NCBI GenBank assembly: GCA_964562105.1
Contig: CAZLRP010000003.1
Location: forward strand, 15,718 to 65,937
Reading direction: 5' to 3'
Length of the DNA stretch: 50,220 bases
From: an uncultured Candidatus Saccharibacteria bacterium
Lineage (GTDB): Bacteria; Patescibacteriota; Minisyncoccia; Phycocordibacterales; GWA1-40-21
The stretch's first letter is position 1; each line of letters opens with the position of its first letter. Below are positions 1 to 7,497 of this stretch, piece by piece. The notes under the pieces are model-generated. The model ran no database searches. It was given only the letters and a program-made list of their open reading frames with translations, and was not told the DNA's origin. A program made the translations under genes and the position numbers.

Positions 1-39
1 AGACAAGACCTAAAGAGTTGGCAAGCATCATAGAAAAAT

Positions 40-71
40 AAAAACTGCAGATTTCACTCTGCAGTTTTTTG
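40..71. terminator. Bidirectional intrinsic terminator, copy 1 of 3 identical copies
   Basis: AAAAACTGCAG-ATTTCACT-CTGCAGTTTTTTG. Identical 32-mer at 1065-1096 and 1815-1846. Lies between a + strand gene end (..IIEK*, stop near 40) and the sigma factor 3' end. Confidence 0.85.
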
Positions 72-95
72 TTGATTATCAACTATGAAATTAAC

Positions 96-959
96 CTAAA
101 ATAAATTATGGGGTATGTAGCGATTTCTTAAAAAAGCTCGGCGTATTTTTTCTAACGCTTTTTCTTGGATTAGACGAACCATTTCCCGAGTGACATTCAT
201 TTTAGATCCTATTTCATTCAAAACTTTTGGAATGCCGTCATTAAATCCATACCGTTCTCTAATAACGAATTCCTCTTTCTCATTCAGATTTTTCTTTAGC
301 CATTTTCCCCAATTTTCATGATCAACTTTATAGTTAGCCATATCAAACGGATTAATAGCCAATTTATCCTCTATGAAATCTGACAACAATTTCCCTTCAT
401 TGTTTTCCTCATTCTTATTCATTACAGGCTGGTCCAAAGAAATGATTTTACTATCTAATCCTAACAATTTTTTTGCTTTACTCTCTGAAATTTTCATTCT
501 TCGGGCGATTTCCTTTGCGTGCGGTTTCTTTCCAAACTTCTGAATGAATTCCCGTGAGATTTTTTTAGCCTTTAAAACATCTAAATTGAGATTGTCCGGC
601 AGTCTGATTGTTTTTCCTTTTCTTGCGATACCTCTTATCATTGATTGTTCTATCCATGGAACGGCATAAGAAGAAAATCTGGTTCCATGTCCAAGCTTAT
701 ATTTTTCCACCGCTTTTAAAAGCCCGTCATTTCCTTCTCCTATCAAATCCATAAAATCAAGTCCGCAATTAAAGAATCTTTTTGCGACATATACCACAAG
801 TCTCAGATTGCCTTCAGTCAATTTTTTTACAGCTTCTTTATCTCCCTTATTTTTTCTCTCAGTAAGTTTTATTTCCTCTTTTCTTGTCAAAAGAGGTTTT
901 GACTGAATTTGCTTCAAATATATTTTGAAACTTTCATCTGAATACGCCGTTCTTTTCAT
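96..959 (-). CDS. Sigma-70 family RNA polymerase sigma factor (RpoD/RpoS-like regions 1.2-4, no region 1.1), divergent
   Basis: Region 1.2 SFKIYLKQI..LLTRKEE; region 2 NLRLVVYVAKRF/DLIGEGNDGLLKAVEKY/RFSSYAVPWIEQ..TIRLP; region 4 LNEIGSKMNVTREMVRLIQEKAL. SD-like AAGGGGTG upstream. Confidence 0.9.
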   Translation of the reverse strand: MKRTAYSDESFKIYLKQIQSKPLLTRKEEIKLTERKNKGDKEAVKKLTEGNLRLVVYVAKRFFNCGLDFMDLIGEGNDGLLKAVEKYKLGHGTRFSSYAVPWIEQSMIRGIARKGKTIRLPDNLNLDVLKAKKISREFIQKFGKKPHAKEIARRMKISESKAKKLLGLDSKIISLDQPVMNKNEENNEGKLLSDFIEDKLAINPFDMANYKVDHENWGKWLKKNLNEKEEFVIRERYGFNDGIPKVLNEIGSKMNVTREMVRLIQEKALEKIRRAFLRNRYIPHNLF

Positions 960-1064
960 TTATATCACCCCTTTGGATAACTTTTTATTAATTAGCTTCT
1001 GTACAGCATGATGCACAAATAAATACATTTTGTCAAGCAGGGTAATAAAAAAACAGAACATATA

Positions 1065-1096
1065 AAAAACTGCAGATTTCACTCTGCAGTTTTTTG
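1065..1096. terminator. Intrinsic terminator, copy 2
   Basis: Identical to 40-71; downstream of the 1113-1340 gene on the minus strand. Confidence 0.85.
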
Positions 1097-1112
1097 TTTT
1101 TCGTTAGCTACC

Positions 1113-1340
1113 CTACATTATTAACATAAATTCAGCTGACCCTAGTAGTATTAGAATTATTGCAACAAATACCAATAGGGGACTATGTCCATAAAGCCAG
1201 CTTACAAATCGATTTTCTGGTTCATAAAATATCTTTTTGTCATAAGGGTAGTAATGGATGACCAATACTATCTCAATTGCAAAGATGACAAATCCTAAAA
1301 AAAGCATTGCCGAGCTAATCCAATGGATTAAATCGAACAT
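1113..1340 (-). CDS. Small 2-TM membrane protein (paralog family A, copy 1)
   Basis: 75 aa, two hydrophobic helices around RFVSWLYGHS. Strong SD AAGGAGGAGG, own TTGACA promoter and own terminator. Confidence 0.75.
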   Translation of the reverse strand: MFDLIHWISSAMLFLGFVIFAIEIVLVIHYYPYDKKIFYEPENRFVSWLYGHSPLLVFVAIILILLGSAEFMLIM

Positions 1341-1434
1341 ATTTTCCTCCTCCTTTTTACGAATAGTTTTCTTCTGTGTATAATGCTATATCAATTAAAG
1401 AAGTTATGTCAAGTTTGCTTTTAAAAAAAATAAA

Positions 1435-1461
1435 AAACCGCAGTAATGAAACCTGCGGTTT
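1435..1461. terminator. Intrinsic terminator, diverged variant of the 40-71 family
   Basis: AAACCGCAG-TAATGAAAC-CTGCGGTTT; stem changes are compensatory relative to AAACTGCAG/CTGCAGTTT. Confidence 0.7.
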
Positions 1462-1481
1462 GTTGGTTGGTATTGTCCCAA

Positions 1482-1727
1482 CTATTTTAAACCAATATCT
1501 AAACCGAATCCTCCTATCAGCATACATACGGTTGATATTACCATTAAATCTATCCCAATTTTATTGAACAAAATATTATGTTTACAATACCAGAGAATAA
1601 ACCGTTTTGTTCCATAATAATAGGATGTACCATCAGCGGTGGTGGCTACAAATAGCCCTAGAAACAATGTTACTATACCGATAGAAGTCATTGAAAGAAA
1701 CACATTATTCTTAATTAATAAGAACAC
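1482..1727 (-). CDS. Small 2-TM membrane protein (paralog family A, copy 2); start revised to GTG at 1727
   Basis: SD AAGGAGG lies 5 nt before an in-frame GTG at 1727. The ORF-track start at 1784 overlaps the promoter. Loop motif KRFILWYCKHNIL. Confidence 0.7.
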   Translation of the reverse strand: MFLLIKNNVFLSMTSIGIVTLFLGLFVATTADGTSYYYGTKRFILWYCKHNILFNKIGIDLMVISTVCMLIGGFGLDIGLK

Positions 1728-1814
1728 ATTGTCCTCCTTTTTATTTAATTTGCTTTCTATACAGCATAATACACAATTAAACACATTTTGTCAATTTTAC
1801 TTTGAAAAATATAA

Positions 1815-1846
1815 AAAAACTGCAGATTTCACTCTGCAGTTTTTTG
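1815..1846. terminator. Intrinsic terminator, copy 3
   Basis: Identical to 40-71. Confidence 0.85.
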
Positions 1847-1861
1847 CCAATAAATTATTAT

Positions 1862-2083
1862 TTACTTCCACCATGTTAGGCCAGCGCACCCTAATAATAT
1901 ACCGACAAATCCTAGTAGAATCAAAATCCCTCCGATACTGAACAACAAAACATTGTGTTTATAAAGCCAATTCTTAAACTTTTTTTCTCCTTTAAAATCA
2001 TAAGATGCATTCCCAGACAGGATAAAGATAGCAATACCCAGAGCTATCATTACAAAGCCGATACAAACCATTGGATAATACAT
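1862..2083 (-). CDS. Small 2-TM membrane protein (paralog family A, copy 3)
   Basis: 73 aa, loop KKFKNWLYKHNVL. SD AAGGAGG; promoter TTGACA-N17-TATTGT. Confidence 0.75.
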   Translation of the reverse strand: MYYPMVCIGFVMIALGIAIFILSGNASYDFKGEKKFKNWLYKHNVLLFSIGGILILLGFVGILLGCAGLTWWK

Positions 2084-2348
2084 ATTTCCTCCTTCTCGTT
2101 TTTTAAGTTACTTTCATTTAAAACAATACACAAATAAATACATTTTGTCAAGTATTGCGAGAAATTAAGAGAAAACAGGGAAAACGGGGTCAGGAGCCAC
2201 TTATTTTTTTTTAAATATATTATACTTTCCTAAAAAGAATGGTGGCTGACCCCAATGGCCCAATAGCCGAAGTTTCGTAATTCAAAGTATTATATAGTTT
2301 TATTAAAAACCATTGCAAAATTAGAACAAAAAGGTAATATATCATCAT

Positions 2349-2651
2349 ATGAATACAACACAAAAGGGAAAAGTACGATGTATTGTTTTTAAAGATGGCG
2401 ACACGTGGTATGCCGTTGGTTTAGAATTTAATATTGTTGAATCATCAGATGATCCAATGGTTGCTTATAATCTTTTACAGTCAGCGATGCAGGGTTATGT
2501 TGAATCGCAGAAGAAAATAAAAGGTTCTCGTGTTGCCCCACTAAATCAAGAAGCAGATAAAGAGTATGAAGATTTGTGGAATAACTTAAATTCAAAAAAA
2601 CCTGTAAAATCTCCTTATCAGGTAAAATCTTTTGGTTTTGTAAATATCTAA
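2349..2651 (+). CDS. hicB: HicB-like antitoxin (N-terminal RNase H-like fold, no evident DNA-binding domain)
   Basis: CIVFKDGDTWYAVGLEFNIV..SDD..VAYNLLQSAM pattern; adjacent to a HicA-like gene. Confidence 0.7.
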   Translation: MNTTQKGKVRCIVFKDGDTWYAVGLEFNIVESSDDPMVAYNLLQSAMQGYVESQKKIKGSRVAPLNQEADKEYEDLWNNLNSKKPVKSPYQVKSFGFVNI

Positions 2652-2657
2652 AGATAT

Positions 2658-2891
2658 ATGCCGAATGGTATTTTAAATTGGACTTTTAGAGATGTAGAGG
2701 TTTTTCTAAAAGAACATAGTTTTAATTTAAATTATATAAACGGTAGTCATTATTACTATGTTGGTTATATTGATAAAGTTATGCGACAAGTTTGTGTGCC
2801 ACGACATACAAGTTTGTCTATCAAGCCGAGAACTATGAACGGCATTATTTTGCAATCTGGAATTTCAAAAAAGGAATGGTTGAATAACTAG
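2658..2891 (+). CDS. hicA: HicA family mRNA interferase toxin
   Basis: 77 aa with the GSH motif (INGSHYYY), V-x-VP-x-H, and T..GIILQSGI..KEW tail. Confidence 0.85.
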   Translation: MPNGILNWTFRDVEVFLKEHSFNLNYINGSHYYYVGYIDKVMRQVCVPRHTSLSIKPRTMNGIILQSGISKKEWLNN

Positions 2892-2962
2892 GTACTGAGA
2901 GGAGTAGAAAGAATGAGGCTGACCCAATATCCCTCTTTTGTGTGGAAGTAACACAAAAAAGA

Positions 2963-3002
2963 AGGGGGAATATAATGCGCGGTCGTACATTATATTCCCC
3001 CT
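2963..3002. repeat. Dispersed hairpin element (perfect 15-bp stem), copy 1
   Basis: AGGGGGAATATAATG-cgcggtcgta-CATTATATTCCCCCT; near-identical copy at 45472-45511. Confidence 0.8.
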
Positions 3003-3427
3003 CCGCCTCTCTTTGTTGTGAAGACGGTTTGTTTGCCGGTCAGGGAAAAGGTTACTGACAGCTTTTTTTGCGAAGGTGAGACCTTCGAAAGTTTTTAACA
3101 CAGAAAAATGCTTTTGTATAGTCTTGTTTGTTTTTGGGGCAGGTATAAAATCATTGCAGACAAATCCAATTCATAATTCAGAAAAAAGTTTTGGTTTTTA
3201 CAAATGTATTTTATATTAAGATTGAGTGGTCGAATTGATCAATCTCTTTTTAGTGTATATTTAGTAAAATGTGTTGTGGAGTTAAGAAAGCGATGAATTG
3301 TAGTTTCTACTTTGGACGCTTGGACTACAAGGAGCTAGTAGCGTAACCGGTCTTTTGTTGGGATCGGTATTTTTATTTTGTATTTTTATTAACCTTCGTA
3401 TGGATTAGGACTTTAAAAAGCAAATGA

Positions 3428-3498
3428 TTGTCATTCCCGCGTAGGCGGGAATCCAGAATTTAATTCAACTTAGATTCCCGCATTCGCGGGAATGACAA
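3428..3498. mobile_element. Miniature inverted-repeat element (REPIN/MITE-like) with ATTCCC-N8-GGGAAT arms
   Basis: Left arm TTGTCATTCCCGCGTAGGCGGGAATCCAG is identical over 29 bp to the reverse complement of the arm at 35169-35197 flanking the GIY-YIG gene. Confidence 0.75.
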
Positions 3499-3704
3499 CC
3501 TGAATGACTTTATAATTCACAATTAGCAAGGACTGTCATTGCCAAGCTAAAAGTTTTGAGTCTTAATCAGTGCGCGGGTAAATTTTAATACGGAATTAAT
3601 GTTGATTACTTTATACTAGGGGTAACTAAAAAAAGGTCGAAGTAAAGAAAAAGTTAGAAGTTTTTTGAATTGTTAATTAAAAATTATTAGAACAATCCGA
3701 ACAC

Positions 3705-3761
3705 TAACTTTGTCATAGTTGCAATAAACACAATAAACAATGTCAAAGTTAGTGTGCGGAT
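3705..3761. repeat. ATCCGCACACTAACT inverted-repeat element, copy 1 (short)
   Basis: ATCCGAACACTAACTTTGTCAT...ATGTCAAAGTTAGTGTGCGGAT; homologs near 43776-43917 and 47772-47906. End coordinates approximate. Confidence 0.75.
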
Positions 3762-3776
3762 AAAATTATTAACCTC

Positions 3777-3812
3777 GGGCGAAAATATTTTTATTAAAAA
3801 ATATTTTCGCCC
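3777..3812. repeat. Perfect 16-bp hairpin just upstream of the TasA-like operon start
   Basis: GGGCGAAAATATTTTT-atta-AAAAATATTTTCGCCC. Confidence 0.7.
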
Positions 3813-3826
3813 CAATAAAATAAATT

Positions 3827-4888
3827 ATGAAAAAAATATTATTAAGTTTGTCAGTTATAGCAATAGTGGGAGTTATTGCAGTTGGTGCAACCAGAGCATT
3901 GTTCTCTGATACAGAGACATCAACTGGAAATACATTCACAGCCGGAACAATTGATATTTCAATTGATCAGACAAATCCATGGACAAAGAGTTATAACATC
4001 GGTGACTTGAAACCGGGAGAAACGGGTTATATCAACTTTGATATTTCAAACGTTGGAACAAATCCAGTCAATGTTTCCAAGAATTTAAGCGAATTTGTAA
4101 CAACTACTGGTTCAGTAGGATATACATGTGCTGGTGTTACTGCGGGTGTTTCTTCAGAACCAGAATGTGTAGCGGCACAAGCTAACTCTAGTAATGACGT
4201 AAATGATGTTCAAACTAAGATTATTTATGACTTGAGCGTAGAAGTTTATAACTCAGCAGGCACAAAAATTTGGTGGCAAGCAATTTACACTGGTGCCGAG
4301 AATAAAAGCCTAGCTGATATTTACGGAAGTGGACAGTATGTTGCACTCGGTATGATTCCAGCTGGAGGACATATGAAAGTCACTCAAAGCTATCACTTTA
4401 ATTCAAATGCAGGTAATGAATATCAGGGGGATACATTATCATTTAAGATGACCATTAATGGTGAACAACTACCTCAAGGCGAAACTGGTATAACAACCGT
4501 TGCTTTGGAAAATAAAGTACAAGGAACAAATAGTATTTGGGATATTGTACAGGGTGATAGTATAGATGGAACTTTAAGCTATAAGGTTCAAAGCCCAACG
4601 TTTGATTATACTTTCACTGGTAAAGTAGCGGCTACAGACAACTACACATTGATTTATGTTGGTACTACAAATGATTATCCAGGCGTAGGAAGTAAAGTTC
4701 TTGGAACAGGAAGTTTTGTTGCAGGAACCCCACTTACAATTAGTGGATCGGTTAATATTGGTGCAAGCATTACCAATGGAAAGGTTTGGTTGATCCCAAC
4801 CAGTTCTTACAATGGCAGTATAATGACATCATGGCCAGCTTCAAATATCTTGTTTGAAACAGGATTAATCAATTACACAAAAATTTAA
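3827..4888 (+). CDS. SipW-cognate signal peptide protein, TasA/CalY (camelysin-like) family with a C-terminal extra domain
   Basis: N-terminus ..VGAT/RALFSDTETSTGNTFTAGTIDI, then LKPGETG; C-terminal GNEYQGDTLSFKMTINGEQ of the TasA-like core. Confidence 0.85.
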   Translation: MKKILLSLSVIAIVGVIAVGATRALFSDTETSTGNTFTAGTIDISIDQTNPWTKSYNIGDLKPGETGYINFDISNVGTNPVNVSKNLSEFVTTTGSVGYTCAGVTAGVSSEPECVAAQANSSNDVNDVQTKIIYDLSVEVYNSAGTKIWWQAIYTGAENKSLADIYGSGQYVALGMIPAGGHMKVTQSYHFNSNAGNEYQGDTLSFKMTINGEQLPQGETGITTVALENKVQGTNSIWDIVQGDSIDGTLSYKVQSPTFDYTFTGKVAATDNYTLIYVGTTNDYPGVGSKVLGTGSFVAGTPLTISGSVNIGASITNGKVWLIPTSSYNGSIMTSWPASNILFETGLINYTKI

Positions 4889-4984
4889 GCTTTAGTTAAA
4901 GCTCCAGTACTAGAACCTGCGGGTTCAGTACAGGGTTGAGATTTTTTAACCTTGCTCTTCTTGTGAAAGACTGAGGTTGTAAAT

Positions 4985-5083
4985 CCTCACACCAATTACT
5001 TTGGTGTGAGGTGGCGATAGGGGAACTTGTCCCCGCGCCAAATAAGTTTAGAAAAAATCGGATAGACTTATTTGGTGTGGGGG
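4985..5083. repeat. Cluster of CC(C/T)C(G/A)C(A/G)CCAA...TTGGTGTG(A/G)GG palindromes
   Basis: Hairpin 4985-5011 and IR 5031-5083; related IR ACCCAGCACCATTTTT/AAAAATGGTGCTGGGT at 13922-14021. Confidence 0.65.
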
Positions 5084-5132
5084 TAATCAAAGAAACAAAA
5101 TTAATTTTATGAAAAAAGGCATAAAAAAAGAT

Positions 5133-6923
5133 ATGAAAAAAATAATTATCAGCTTGTGCATTATTGCTGTTGTGGCGGTGGTTGCTGTTGGTACTACTCA
5201 CTCCTATTTTTCTGATACCGAAACAAGCAATAATAATATTATTCAAACAGGTACAGTTGATGTAGATATTGATGGACAAAATCCTTGGACTGGCAAATTT
5301 GATTGGGAAAATATCAGACCAGGCGACACCAAAGAAATAACTTTTGTAATACACAATATTGGTACTTATCCGATTAAACTTTGGAAAATTATTAAAAATT
5401 TAACTACCGAAGAAAATGGAATCGCTGGGCCAGAACAAGACTGGTATACCGATAATAATGTCGGAGTCGCCAAGAATGACATTGATACGGCGATGGTTTA
5501 TGAAATGTATGTTGATGGTCAGATTGCTGTTGAAAAAGAAGCCGGAATCACACTGGATAAAATTAAAAATTATTATATGAATTTGGTGAAATTGGATACG
5601 GCGACAGACCCAAGCTATACCGGTCCGAATCCAAATGGCAGTGGGATATTAAACCCAGGAGGTTCGGTAACGGTTGTTCAGAGATATCATTTTAAAGAAG
5701 ATACCGGCAATTGGGCTCAAAGCGACAAAATGATTTTTGATATAGAAATTTTAGCACAGCAAGTCAGTGCGCCAGAACCAGTGAAGCAGTTGTCTTTTAT
5801 AAACAATAAAAATGTATTAGATAACAGTTGGAGCACGATAGCGGACAGTAGGGTTGGGCTTTTGAAATATGATTCAATAGCGCAAACTTTCAATTATAAT
5901 TTTCTTGGAGTTGGGCTTAGTCCTGCTACAAATTATTGTTTGATTTATTCCAAAGATCCTTGGACTGGAGGGGAAAAGATTTTAATTGACAAAGGTATGT
6001 CAGATGCGAATGGAAAAGTAAGTTTGATAGGCTCAATGGATACTGGTGATTTGCCAAATGCTGATGATGGTAATTATCCAACCGGAGCAAAAATTTGGTC
6101 TTTACCCTGTTCTAGCTCAGGCTATAATGAAAGTAGCCAAAGTGTCGGTTGGCCACCGCAAAATGATTGGCTTTTTGATAATTGGCCAGGGTTTATAAAA
6201 TATACGAATGGAGAAACGCCAGCTGAGCCAGCTGATGATCCACCTGCTAGTGGCAGTCAAACCATAATTATAAACGAATTAGGTGGCGATATTGGCAATC
6301 AATATGGTTATCAATTTGGAGGATATCCAACTGCAAATGTAACTTTTACATACAATACGCCAGCTCCCAATAAATTAAGCGGAACTATTACAGCTACGGG
6401 GTTGAAACCTTACGCAACCTATCAGGTAAAATTTATTGGTGATCCAACTAATGAAATGGCGAATGAATACATTGGATATAAAGGCAGATGGACAGTAACC
6501 AATGTCTCTTGTTCTGGTTCAGGGTGCAACAGAACAGATGCTCAATATGAAGCTAATAAAATTTCGCATGCTGAAACTATCGCTGGATATTTGGTTTGGG
6601 ATTTTTTCACGGCTGATTCAAGCGGTAATGCGACAAAAGTTGTGGAAACTGCAAACAGTTATCATGTGCTTTGGTCTGGTGGCGGAACATGCAATACGGT
6701 TGCCAATACTTATTTGGCAAATTTGGATTCAGCGCATCCTACTATTAAATTTTCTCCCGCGGACAAAGTTGATGGAGAAATTGAACGTGGCACCTGTGGC
6801 GGTTTGACCTTGAATCCTGGTACTTATGATTTAAAAATGGTGTTGACCGAAGAATCGTTCCATCAAAGTCCAGGCACTTGGGCAGAAGTATTAATGAAAG
6901 ATATTAATTTTGTTATCAATTAA
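5133..6923 (+). CDS. SipW-cognate TasA-family protein with C-terminal extension domains (start probably 5133; track start 5109)
   Basis: ..VGTT/HSYFSDTETSNNNIIQTGTVDV; IRPGDTK; GNWAQSDKMIFDIEILAQQ; paralogous to 3827-4888. Confidence 0.85.
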   Translation: MKKIIISLCIIAVVAVVAVGTTHSYFSDTETSNNNIIQTGTVDVDIDGQNPWTGKFDWENIRPGDTKEITFVIHNIGTYPIKLWKIIKNLTTEENGIAGPEQDWYTDNNVGVAKNDIDTAMVYEMYVDGQIAVEKEAGITLDKIKNYYMNLVKLDTATDPSYTGPNPNGSGILNPGGSVTVVQRYHFKEDTGNWAQSDKMIFDIEILAQQVSAPEPVKQLSFINNKNVLDNSWSTIADSRVGLLKYDSIAQTFNYNFLGVGLSPATNYCLIYSKDPWTGGEKILIDKGMSDANGKVSLIGSMDTGDLPNADDGNYPTGAKIWSLPCSSSGYNESSQSVGWPPQNDWLFDNWPGFIKYTNGETPAEPADDPPASGSQTIIINELGGDIGNQYGYQFGGYPTANVTFTYNTPAPNKLSGTITATGLKPYATYQVKFIGDPTNEMANEYIGYKGRWTVTNVSCSGSGCNRTDAQYEANKISHAETIAGYLVWDFFTADSSGNATKVVETANSYHVLWSGGGTCNTVANTYLANLDSAHPTIKFSPADKVDGEIERGTCGGLTLNPGTYDLKMVLTEESFHQSPGTWAEVLMKDINFVIN

Positions 6924-6933
6924 AAAATGTACC

Positions 6934-7497
6934 ATGACTGCTAAAATACTAAAAACTCTATATTATTTGTTTCTGATTTGTATATCGGCGGTTGCTTTGT
7001 TGTTGATTATTTCTATTTTTCCGGTTACGGGCAATATAAAATTTCTGACTGTACTTTCTGGCTCTATGGAGCCAGCGATACATACCGGAAGCGTAGTGAT
7101 AGTAAAACCATCGGCAAGTTATGCGGTTGGGGATGTTATTACGTTTGGTCCAAACACAAAAACCCAAATACCGACAACTCACAGGATTATGGAAATTCGT
7201 GCGCAGGAAGGCCAAATGGTTTATAAAACTCAGGGCGATGCCAACAATGCTGAAGATTCCAAGGAAGTTTTTAGGAAAGATATTATCGGTAAAGTTTATA
7301 TTTCTATGCCATATGCGGGGTTTGTCATTGATTTTGTCAGGAAGCCACTCGGCATGGTTTTGGTAATTATTTTACCAGCACTTTTCATTGTTTATGACGA
7401 AGTTAAAAGAATAATATTGGAAATAAAGAAAATAAGAAAATCTAAATTTGCGGTAGGCCAAGAAAAAATTTCTAATAATACAGAAAATAATGTTTAA
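6934..7497 (+). CDS. sipW: Signal peptidase I, SipW/ER-type (S26B)
   Basis: VLSGSMEP (catalytic Ser), TTHRI (His instead of Lys), KTQGDANNAED; TM segments at both ends. Confidence 0.9.
   Translation: MTAKILKTLYYLFLICISAVALLLIISIFPVTGNIKFLTVLSGSMEPAIHTGSVVIVKPSASYAVGDVITFGPNTKTQIPTTHRIMEIRAQEGQMVYKTQGDANNAEDSKEVFRKDIIGKVYISMPYAGFVIDFVRKPLGMVLVIILPALFIVYDEVKRIILEIKKIRKSKFAVGQEKISNNTENNV

Noticed and set aside
1376-2137. Plus-strand ORFs 1376-1567, 1639-1941 and 1955-2137
   Set aside because: Antisense shadows of the minus-strand miniprotein units; they cross promoters and terminators and lack an SD.
2865-3101. Minus-strand 78-aa ORF
   Set aside because: Runs through a hairpin repeat and overlaps hicA antisense; no coding features.
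3003-3400. Possible c-di-GMP or other known riboswitch upstream of the TasA operon
   Set aside because: The GGCAAAC..GAAA..GACGCAAAG core of c-di-GMP-I and other recalled riboswitch cores were not found on the sense strand.
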